Shown piece after piece: positions 1 to 9,949 of a DNA stretch of 64,000 nt. The stretch is from Macrostomum lignano (Eukaryota), in contig NIVC01001359.1 in NCBI GenBank assembly GCA_002269645.1, positions 14,624 to 78,623 on the forward strand, read 5' to 3'. The notes under the pieces are model-generated. The model did not search any database. It was not told where the DNA came from and worked only from the letters and a program-made list of their open reading frames with translations. The first letter of the stretch is position 1. Each line of letters starts with the position of its first letter. The position numbers and the translations under genes are program-made.

Positions 1-820
1 CTCTACCCTTACTACCCCTATCCAGTTAACTATACTCTACACTTTACCCTCTCTCTATATCTATATCTACCCCTATCTATTCCTATCTACAATAATCTAC
101 CTGTTGCCCCTATATCTGCATCTACAAGCTAATTCCGTTTTTCTCTTCCACCTCTCTCCCAGACTCGCCCTCTGTAACTTGGAATTATATTAATATATGT
201 TAGTTTTCACAGTATGTCCCCTTTAATATTATATTTGCCAAACTATTATAGTGACATTTAATCTGCAATTGTAAGCATTGAATATCTTCAGCTGACAATG
301 TGCTAATTATATTTACGAGTAGAATAGCTTTTTTCTAAGTAAATTAATCAACTAATAAAATATAGCAAACTGTTTGTTAATGTTTGTTATAATTTGTATT
401 CATTTTTTACAATATTTTGCATACTAAATACGCTTATTATAGTGGAGGTTTAAGAGCGTAAGATTGTGTACCTACTTTTTAGCTGTAGTAGATCACAAGA
501 CTCAACCCCTGGACAGTTTAGCTACTTCAACAAATGAATGCTCTTTTAGTATAGGGTCTGTCCTCTGCTGCTGTGTCTCCCTATACTCATATTCTTAGTT
601 CAGCTGGACACAGAGACTTAAAAACTGGAGTAGGAAAGAAATGACAATTTAGCAATTCCAGCCATTGTCTAGCTGTATTGTGCGAACCCCTGCGCTCGCC
701 GGCAAAGCATTCGGAGTGCAGCCATGGGAGACCCACAGTCAAAGTCTAGAGCATAGCAACTCCTCAGACAACTGTAGGCTGAATGCAGGTTTTACACACA
801 GTTTAATGCTACTATACCGT

Positions 821-1915
821 AGGAAAGAGGGACGAAGGAAGAGGGAAAGAAGAGGTAGAGGAGAGAAGAGGGGAGAGGAGAGAAGAGGGGAGAGGACAGA
901 AGAGAAGAGGGGGAGAGGTGTGAGGAGAGAAGAAGGGAGAGGAGAGGAGAGAAGAGATGAGATGAGAGGAGCAAAGAGGGGAGAGGAGAAAAGAGGAGAG
1001 GGTAGATAAGATAAGAAGGGAAGGGAAATGAGAGAAGAGGGGAAAGGAGATGAGAGAAGAAGGGAAGGGAGATGAGAGAAGAGGTGAAGGGAGATGAGAG
1101 AAGAGGTGAAGGGAGATGAGAGAAGAGGGGAGGGGAGATGAGAGAAGAGGGGAAAGGAGATGAGAGAAGAAGGGAAAGGAGATCAGAGAAGAAGGGAAGG
1201 GAGATGAGAGAAGAGGTGAAGGGAGATGAGAGAAGAGGTGAAGGGAGATGAGAGAAGAGGGGAGGGGAGATGAGAGAAGAGGGGAAAGGAGATGAGAGAA
1301 AAGGGAAGGGAGATGAGAGAAGAAGGGAAGGGAGATGAGAGAAGAGGTGAAGGGAGATGAGAGAAGAGTTGAAGGGAGATGAGAGAAGAGGTGAAGGGAG
1401 ATGAGAGAAGAGTTGAAGGGAGATGAGAGAAGAGGGGAGGGGAGATGAGAAAAGAGGGGAGAGGAGAAAAGAGGAGAGGGTAGATAAGATAAGAAGGGAA
1501 GGGAGATGAGAGAAGAGGGGAAAGGAGATGAGAGAAGAAGGGAAGGGAGATGAGAGAAGAGGTGAAGGGAGATGAGAGAAGAGGTGAAGGGAGATGAGAG
1601 AAGAGGGGAGGGGAGATGAGAGAAGAGGGGAAAGGAGATGAGAGAAGAAGGGAAGGGAGATGAGAGAAGAAGGGAAGGGAGATGAGAGAAGAGGTGAAGG
1701 GAGATGAGAGAAGAGTTGAAGGGAGATGAGAGAAGAAGGGAAGGGAGATGAGAGAAGAGGTGAAGGGAGATGAGAGAAGAGTTGAAGGGAGATGAGAGAA
1801 GAGGTGAAGGGAGATGAGAGAAGAGGTGAAGGGAGATGAGAGAAGAGGGGAGGGGAGATGAGAAAAGAGGGGAGAGGAGTGAAGAGGGGAGGGGAGAGAA
1901 AGAAAGAGCGAAGAA
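821..1915. repeat. Polypurine minisatellite, ~22-bp unit GAAGGGAGATGAGAGAAGAGGT
   Basis: Head-to-tail units read directly; almost pyrimidine-free on +; explains the spurious S/L/P/F ORFs on -. Confidence 0.95.
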
Positions 1916-2261
1916 AACACGAACAATCAGCAGGCAATCAGCAAGTTTCAAAGTAGCCAATGGCCCGATAGAGAGACGTCACGCGTCACATCTGGGCAGT
2001 GCAGTCGGGCCTAAAGTTGTCTAAAGAGTTGCTACTCCATGCTCTGCTTCAAGTCCTCCTTGGGTATGGCTAAAGGGGTAAGGAGAGAGAGAGAGAGAAC
2101 TGACAGAGTCTGGTTGGGTGGCACTTGTATAGTCTCGCTAGCTAGCTAGGGTGTATTAATACAACTGTTAGGCAGCCGCTGCTACCCAATAGTTTTATTA
2201 AGCGTTCATTGCGACTTGGTTTAGCTACAGATTAATATATATATATAATCCCTATTCCTCA

Positions 2262-5253
2262 ATGCAGCCTCCATCGGTGCCATCAGTGCTAGCGGCTGGT
2301 GCTTTGGCGGTGCCGCTGGCTTTGGTCTTTTCGCGACTATTCTTCGAATCTAGCGTTGCTTGGGGCGTTAAACTGTTGCTAACCGGTCTATTGACTGTTT
2401 CTATCCTGTTGCTGGCCAAATTTGCCTGGCGTCTGATATCAGCCTATCGTACCAAGCGCAAGACTAAGAAAGAGCAATTAGAGAAGAAGGCAAGGCTATG
2501 GAATAAATTGAATAGTCTAAGCGGACCAGTGGCCAATTCTAAAACTTTGTGCCTGGAAGAATACGAGGATTTGAAAAATCGAATGCAAAGTGGAGCTTTG
2601 GCGCCTATTGATGTTCTGGAGGCCTTTCAGGTAAGCGATTAGATTCTAAAACCTTATGAATCCATACACTGCCCTCGTTTGCCCCCCCCCCTAGTGGACC
2701 TACACTGCCCTCGTTTGCCCCCCCCCTAGTGGACCTACACTGCCCTCATTTGCCCCCCCCTAGTGGACCTACACTGCCCTCGTTTGCCCCCCCCCTAGTG
2801 GACCTACACTGCCCTCGTTTGCCCCCCCTAGTGGACCTACACTGCCCTCATTTGCCCCCCCCCCTAGTGGACCTACACTGCCCTCATTTGCCCCCCCCCC
2901 CAAGTGGACCTACACTGCCCTAATTTGCCCCCCCCCGAAGTGGACCTACACTGCCCTAATTTGACCCCCCCCAAGTGGACCTCATTTGACCCCCTGGTGA
3001 CATACGTTGCCTTCATTTGACCCCCCTAGTGGCATAAATTGCCCTCATTGGACCCCCCTAGTGGCATAAATTGCCCTCATGTGACCCCCCTGGTGACATA
3101 CGTTGCCTTCATTTGACCCCCCTAGTGGCATAAATTGCCCTCATTGGACCCCCCTAGTGGCATAAATTGCCCTCATTGGACCCCCCTAGTGGCATAAATT
3201 GCCCTCATTGGACCCCCCTAGTGGCATAAATTGCCCTCATTTGACCTCCCTAGTAACACAAATTGACCTCATTTTACCCCCCCAAGTGGACCTACACTGC
3301 CCTCATTTGACCCCCCTCATTAGTAATACCCTGATTCGACCCCCTGTCTGACCCCTCACGCAATTGCTTTCATGACTACCCTAAACCATCAGGCTCGCAC
3401 TCTGATGCTAGATCAGAAAGGCAAAGCGGCCAAGGTCAAAGAAGTTGTTTACGATGCCGACGTTCAAGCCCTGATGCTGGAGGGCGGCCGCGCTAGCGAG
3501 GTGCTGCTGCCAGCCGCCGCGTTCTATTACAACGCGGCTCTGATGCCGTTTGAGGACAAAGACGAGGATGGAGATCCTTGTCAAAAAGATCACCCTGTGG
3601 TGGCTGCTCTTCGCTCCGAGGGCGCCATAGATATTGCTCTGGTGGACAAAGACCTCACTCAGGTGAGAGAATTGTATGTTATTTGTCTTTTCATGTTCGA
3701 AATTTTTCTTTTGCTATTGTGTGGGTTGCCCGTTCTAAAATTCAGATGGTTACTGTTTTCCCTGGGTGTCTGTAAAGGGTTGCCTGTTCTCATAAAGTGT
3801 GTCTGTAAGGGGCTGCCTGTTCTCATAAAGTGTGTCTGTAAGGGGCTGCCTGTTCTCATAAAGTGTGTCTGTAAGGGGCTGCCTGTTCTCATAAAGTGTG
3901 TCTGTAAGGGGTTGCCTGTTCTCATAAAGTGTGTCTGTAAGGAGTTGCCTGTTCTCATAAAGTGTGTCTGTAAGCGGTTGCCTGTTCTCATAAAGTGTGT
4001 CTGTAAGCGGTTGCCTGTTCTCATAAAGTGTGTCTGTAAGGGGTTGCCTGTTCTCATAAAGTGTGTCTGTAAGGGGTTGCCTGTTCTCATAAAGTGTGTC
4101 TGTAAGCGGTTGCCTGTTCTCATAAAGTGTGTCTGTAAGGGGCTGCCTGTTCTCATAAAGTGTGTCTGTAAGGGGCTGCCTGTTCTCATAAAGTGTGTCT
4201 GTAAGGGGCTGCCTGTTCTCATAAAGTGTGTCTGTAAGGGGCTGCCTGTTCTCATAAAGTGTGTCTGCAAGGGGCTGCCTGTTCTCATATAGTGTGTCTG
4301 TAAGGGGCTGCCTGTTCTCATATAGTGTGTCTGTAAGGGGCTGCCTGTTCTCATAAAGTGTGTCTGCAAGGGGCTGCCTCTTCTCATAAAGTGTGTCTGC
4401 AAGGGGCTGCCTCTTCTCATAAAGTGTGTCTGCAAGGGGCTGCCTGTTCTCATAAAGTGTGTCTGCAAGGGACTGCCTGTGTCTTTAAATCAGGGACTCC
4501 GGGTTGATTTTCTGTTAAGACCCCAAATCCCCAAAAGCAACAACCGCTGCCGCCGCACTCCTAATCCGCGCCTTGCCCCAGGTGAGCGGCCTTCTCCTCA
4601 ACCACGGCGCCCTGTTCTTCGCTGGCCAGTATTCGACCTGCAACCTCGGCCAGGTGCTGCGTGCCATCGCCAGTAAGCCGATCTGCGCCACCCTGCTTCG
4701 ACGCGACCAACCCGACGGTAAATTCCTAGCCATCCTGGCCAGTCAGTCTCGTCTGCCTTCGCTGGCCGCTGCCGCCGTCACGCCGGGACTTCGCGATCAC
4801 CTGCTGACTCCGCCGTCGTCGCCAAGTGGCAGCCAGCCGCCGTCGCCGCGTCGCATCGGCTTCCTGTTTGAGCACCAGCGCCGATCGCAAGCCGACGGCC
4901 GACTTCCACCTGGCGAGGACAGCGTCGCCCAGCTGTTGTCACCGGCCTCCGGCTCGGCCACTCTGGTTCGCGATGTCGATTTTGCTCGACTATTATCGGC
5001 ATCGAAATCGGCCAATAGTAAGTCGGAAGTTCGAGTCGCAGCTGAGGCTATCCTAGCTGAGAATTCGTTAGATGGAATCGCTTTAGTTGCTGGGCAAGAC
5101 TGCCGGCTGGCTGAGCAGTTGGCCGGCTTCATGGATTTGTCTGTGTTCCACCTGACTGAGCAGCTGGCTGAGCTGTACCTGTGCCATCCTCACGACAGGC
5201 TTCGATCCGGGCTCACCATTGCTCAGGCATTTGGCTCGGCTATCCGACTGTGA
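2262..5253 (+). CDS. FAAH/amidase-signature-like membrane protein with degenerate catalytic motifs (probable pseudo-amidase), 3 exons, ~436 aa
   Basis: Exons 2262-2630, 3393-3662, 4582-5253, all phase 0 with GT/AG and a CTAAT branch point at 4561. N-terminal hydrophobic helices, then MQSGALAPIDVLEAFQ-ART (FAAH LQSGxLxPxxVLxAY), DHPVVAALRSEGAI (FAAH DSVVVxVLKxQGA) and RRIGF. GGSSGG and GTDIGGSIR motifs are absent. Confidence 0.7.
2660..3345. repeat. Intronic minisatellite, ~35-bp unit CTAGTGGACCTACACTGCCCTCGTTTG(C)n, drifting to CTAGTGGCATAAATTGCCCTCATTGGACCCC
   Basis: Tandem units within intron 1 of the amidase-like gene. Confidence 0.95.
3765..4480. repeat. Intronic minisatellite, 33-bp unit GTGTGTCTGTAAGGGGCTGCCTGTTCTCATAAA
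   Basis: Tandem units within intron 2 of the amidase-like gene. Confidence 0.95.
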
Positions 5254-5329
5254 ACTTGGGGGGCAGAGGTTGGCACACTTTTTATTTAAAGGGCCAGATA
5301 GAGAATCTAGCGCGTGACTGCGGCCCAGA

Positions 5330-5962
5330 GGAGGGGAGAGATGAAAAGAGAAGGGAGAAGAGAAGAGAGAGGAGAAGAGATAGGAGAGAGGAGAGGGGAC
5401 AAGTGACAAAGGAGAGAGGCGAAGGAAGAGGAGAGAAGGGAGAGGTGAGAAGAGAGAGGACAAGTGAGGGATAGGAGAAGAGAGAGGACAAGTGAGGGAT
5501 AAGAGAAGAGAGAGGACAAGTGAGGGATAGGAGAAGAGAGAGGACAAGTGAGGGATAGAAGAAGAGAGAGGACAAGTGAGGGATAGGAGAAGAGAGAGGA
5601 CAAGTGAGGGATAGGAGAAGAGAGAGGACAAGTGAGGGATAGGAGAAGAGAGAGGACAAGTGAGGGATAGGAGAAGAGAGAGGACAAGTGAGGGATAGAA
5701 GAAGAGAGAGGACAAGTGAGGGATAGAAGAAGAGAGAGGACAAGTGAGGGATAGGAGAAGAGAGAGGACAAGTGAGGGATAGAAGAAGAGAGAGGACAAG
5801 TGAGGGATAGGAGAAGAGAGAGGACAAGTGAGGGATAGGAGAAGAGAGAGGACAAGTGAGGGATAGGAGAAGAGAGAGGACAAGTGAGGGATAGGAGAAG
5901 AGAGAGGACAAGTGAGGGATAGGAGAAGAGAGAGGACAAGTGAGGGATAGGAGAAGAGAGAA
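5330..5962. repeat. Polypurine minisatellite, 28-bp unit GGAGAAGAGAGAGGACAAGTGAGGGATA
   Basis: Tandem units read directly. Confidence 0.95.
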
Positions 5963-6014
5963 GGGCTCGGGTACCGTTTTTATCGGGTAAAGTCAAGGCC
6001 GATTCGCTTATAAA

Positions 6015-6633
6015 CCCCACATCAGAAATCGCCCATAAATCCCACACCAAAAATCGCTCATAGACTCCACATCAGAAATCACCCAAAGACCCCACAACAA
6101 AAATCGCCCATAGACTCCACACGAGAAATCGCCCATAGACTCCACATCAGAAATCGCCCATAGACTCCACATCAGAAATCGCCCATAGACTCCACATCAG
6201 AAATCGCCCATAGACCCCACATCAGAAATCGCCCATAGACTCCACATCAGAAATCGCCCATAGACTCCACATCAGAAATCGCCCATGGACTCTACACCAG
6301 AAATCGCCCATAGACTCCACACGAGAAATCGCCCATAGACTCCACACCAGAAATCGCCCATAGACTCCACACCAGAAATCGCCCATAGACCCCACATCAG
6401 AAATCGCCCATAGACCCCACATCAGAAATCGCCCATGGACTCTACACCAGAAATCGCCCATAGACTCCACACCAGAAATCGCGCATAGACTCCACACTAG
6501 AAATCGCCCATAGACCCCACACCAGAAATCGCGCATAGACTCCACACTAGAAATCGCCCATGGACTCCACACTAGAAATCGCCCATGGACTTCACACGAG
6601 AAATCGCCCATAGACTCCACACCAGAAATCGCC
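6015..6633. repeat. Minisatellite, 25-bp unit CAGAAATCGCCCATAGACTCCACAT
   Basis: Tandem units read directly. Confidence 0.95.
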
Positions 6634-7707
6634 AGTGACTAAACATTATAAACATAATAAATTAGCATTAACAGTTTGTTTTAATTAGAAATTCATAAAG
6701 TTTAATCAGACAACCATATTTAAATACCTTTTTTTAAACTGTTATGTTTCCTGTAAACGGAATAATGTGATTAAAAGTAGGGAATCAACATCAACTTGCC
6801 AAAATGTAAATTTTGACGTGCTTTTTTATTTTAAGTTTTCGATCTGATTTAATTTTTCATTCATTTTTTGGATTGCCTGTTTATTACTCCTGCGCTGTGC
6901 CTTGAACTGGTGTTCCGTTAACTAGTTTATACTATTTGTAAACTAGCTTTATTACAGTTTTATTTAAATTTTCTATATATTATACGTTTAAGCTAAATTT
7001 GTTTATTAACTTATTCTACTTATTGTTCTACTTATGTCAGTAGTGTGCTACGAGTATTTCTAAACTTTGTTTTCCTTTTTCGTAACTGTTTTCTGCTAAT
7101 TTTTAAAATACTTTTCATATTTATTCACTCGCTGGTGGTATGTGTAGTTGGCTATTGCCGATATGTTGTGTAAACAACTTTGTTGAGTTGGCTGCTATTT
7201 TGAATTGTATTGTATGCAAATTATATATATATACTTGCATATTGCTACTCGTATAATATACGTTTTATTTTAAAAACATTTTTTAGTTTAACGAACTTTT
7301 GTATACGCTCAAACGTTTATATATTGCTGGCTATTAGTTTTTTATATGCCTTAAATAAAAGCCATTTAAATGCTCATGCAAGCATATCTTTAACTTCTTT
7401 TTTTAGTAGAATTTAGCACCAATATTTAACTGTGTGTGTACGATTTTCTCTGCTTCAAGTAGATTAATCAGATCATTTTTAATTAATAATAATGAATTAA
7501 TTGAAGCCACGAATTGCATATTTAGCAGTTTTTTCTTCACGTATGCTTATTACCGTCTTTTACATCCCTCTGTTTACTCACTACTGATAATAGTCTTCTA
7601 TCAGTAGTATTAAGGGCCATAACCAAGTGGTCTAGCGCGGCGCTCTGATGTGCCAGCGGCCCAGGCTCGATTCCAAGTGCAGTCACATTAATTTTGGGGC
7701 TAAATGT

Positions 7708-8281
7708 AGACAAATACAGACCCTAACTGACAGACAACAGACCCTAACTGACAGACAAATACAGACCCTAACTGACAGACAAATACAGACCCTAACTGAC
7801 AGACAAATACAGACCCTAACTGACAGGTAAATACAGACCCTAACTGACAGTCAAATACAGACCCTAACTGACAAATACAGACCCTGACAGGCAAATACAG
7901 ACCCTAACTGACAGACAACAGACCCTAACTGACAGACAACAGACCCTAACTGACAGACAACAGACCCTAACTGACAGACAAATACAGACCTAACTGACAG
8001 GTAAATACAGACCCTAGCTGACAGGTAAATACAGACCCTAACTGACAGTCAAATGCAGACCCTAACTGACAGACAAATACAGACCCTGACTGACAGGTAA
8101 ATACAGACCCTAACTGACAGACGAATGCAGACCCTAACTGACAGACAAATACAGACCCTAACTGACAGACAAATACAGACCCTGACAGACAAATACAGAC
8201 CCTAACTGACAAATACAGACCCTAACTGACAAATACAGACCCTGACAGGCAAATACAGGCCCTAACTGACAGACAAATACA
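7708..8281. repeat. Minisatellite, ~24-bp unit GACAAATACAGACCCTAACTGACA
   Basis: Tandem units immediately upstream of the LSM11 exon. Confidence 0.95.
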
Positions 8282-8335
8282 GAAAGAAAAGAAAAATACC
8301 AATCAGGCAACTCAAGGCGCAATTTTGCTTTCCAG

Positions 8336-9067
8336 GAAACGCCAGAAGCGGCCGAAGCGGCCAGAAAATACCCCAGCCTGGTGCTGAACATCAGGTCGGA
8401 TATTGCATCAGGCGCCCCATCAAAAGATGCAGCACCGGCTTCTAAGAACAATTTGGCAGCCTCCTGTGCTTCGGAGCAGCAGCAGAAAAGGTGCCTACAG
8501 TTTGAAGCTGAGCAAAAATTGCAATTGGAGAAGCAGCTTGAACGGCAGCGCCGAAAGCAGCAACGCAGCATGCGTCAGCATCTTGCATGGCAACTAGACC
8601 ATCGATTTAGTTCGCCTAACTGCGGCCCGTTGCACTTTCTCTGGCGCTGCGCCAATGTCTCACTTGAAGGTGAAAGCCAGCCACCCAGAGTAGCGGTGTA
8701 CACCAGAGCTATGAACCAGATCGATGCCATCATACGGGGCAGGCTGGTGTCATTCGATAGGCATGTAAATCTTGTACTGACAGACGCTGTGGAGACTCGC
8801 CTAGTTAACCTGGACACCGGCTGCGTCAGAGAGCTGCAACGCAAGCAGAGGCGCAACGCTAAACGCGCCGTCGCTAGATCGGCTAGAGAAGTTGTCAGGA
8901 AAAAGAAAATCGCCGATTTCGTAGAACCCAGTGATGATTGCGAAGCGGTTGGAGATGACGGTAGTGGCGGCGCTAGTTCGAGTCGGTGTCGGGCTCAAGT
9001 TGAGCACTCTACCTTGGGTCAGGTTCTGCTGAGAGGATCTTGCGTTGTCTTGGTGCGATTGGCCTGA
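8336..9067 (+). CDS. LSM11: U7 snRNP-specific Sm-like protein LSm11 (main exon; 5' end unresolved)
   Basis: GPLHFLWRC...RVAVYTRAMNQIDAIIRGRLVSFDRHVNLVLTDAVET (Sm1), long insertion, then LGQVLLRGSCVVLVRLA* (Sm2 at the C-terminus): the split Sm architecture of LSm11. Phase-0 acceptor TTTTGCTTTCCAG ends at 8335. Confidence 0.85.
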   Translation, partial: ETPEAAEAARKYPSLVLNIRSDIASGAPSKDAAPASKNNLAASCASEQQQKRCLQFEAEQKLQLEKQLERQRRKQQRSMRQHLAWQLDHRFSSPNCGPLHFLWRCANVSLEGESQPPRVAVYTRAMNQIDAIIRGRLVSFDRHVNLVLTDAVETRLVNLDTGCVRELQRKQRRNAKRAVARSAREVVRKKKIADFVEPSDDCEAVGDDGSGGASSSRCRAQVEHSTLGQVLLRGSCVVLVRLA

Positions 9068-9116
9068 AGCTTGTTTTTCCTTGCTATGAGTGATGAGGGT
9101 ATCAGAGCGGAAATCA

Positions 9117-9151
9117 GACAGACAGACAGACACTAAGACAGACAGACACTA

Positions 9152-9188
<37 letters not shown>

Positions 9189-9223
9189 CTAAGACAGACA
9201 CTACGACAGACAGACAGACAGGC

Positions 9224-9260
<37 letters not shown>

Positions 9261-9347
9261 CTACGACAGACAGACAGACAGACAGACAGACACTACGACA
9301 GACAGACAGACAGACAGACAGACACTACGACAGACAGACAGACAGAC
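9117..9347. repeat. (GACA)n microsatellite
   Basis: Read directly. Confidence 0.95.
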
Positions 9348-9753
9348 CGGCTGGATTAACAGATTCAAATCTGATATTATTTAACGATAATTACATAATA
9401 GTCCGAAAAATCAGGCTTAACTATTTCCAATGCGATTAAGTATTTAGAATGCATTTGCTGTATGCTTTTATACAGTACAATAGCAATATGCCAGTTTTCT
9501 AAACCTTGCAGTGAGGCATTTAAGAACTCATTTTAATAATTGCTTCCTATAGGTAGGGTTCACATGCTTTTCTGACTACTTATACCTTTTTTAAACAGTG
9601 AGAAAATTTTTTTCGGTGCTATGATTTTCTATATGTTCTCTTTGTACTTGAATAATAAAACGATTTTCTGAAACATATATTTTCCTATGACGAGAGTTTC
9701 CTACGCTGTCTTTTTTTCATTTGAGTTTTGAGTGCGAGTTATAAGACGAAGAT

Positions 9754-9895
9754 ACAATTTGTGTCCTTGAGCAAGACACTTAACTCTGCATTGCTTCAGT
9801 TCACCCAGCTATAAAATGGGTGCCAGCATTAGCTGGGGTAATTGAGGGTGTGTGGCGACCCCCCCCCCCCCCCCCAGTCCTTGGACTGAACAGCC
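9754..9895 (+). mobile_element. 5'-truncated CORE-type SINE copy
   Basis: TGTGTCCTTGAGCAAGACACTTAACTCTGCATTGCTTCAGTTCACCCAGCTATAAAATGGG resembles the MIR/CORE domain; near-identical reverse copy at 52380-52550. Confidence 0.75.
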
Positions 9896-9949
9896 GCCAG
9901 CACTTTTGACATAATGTGATAGCAATTAAAACTCAAATTTGCTGCCACA

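Noticed and set aside
792-1960. Long S/L/P/F-rich ORFs here and similar ORFs at 5083-6050, 14791-16381, 19019-19867, 21421-22405, 22869-23879, 26025-27166 and 52801-54372
   Set aside because: They are stop-free translations of minisatellites, open in several frames at once, and mostly lie inside introns of supported genes.
660-2060. Possible exons flanking the first polypurine array (660-820, 1915-2060)
   Set aside because: GC-balanced, but no recognisable protein or coherent splice model.
7613-7685. tRNA-like sequence (A box TAACCAAGTGGT, B-box-like GGCTCGATTCC)
   Set aside because: Acceptor, anticodon and T stems do not pair; at most a tRNA/SINE relic, so not called as a tRNA.
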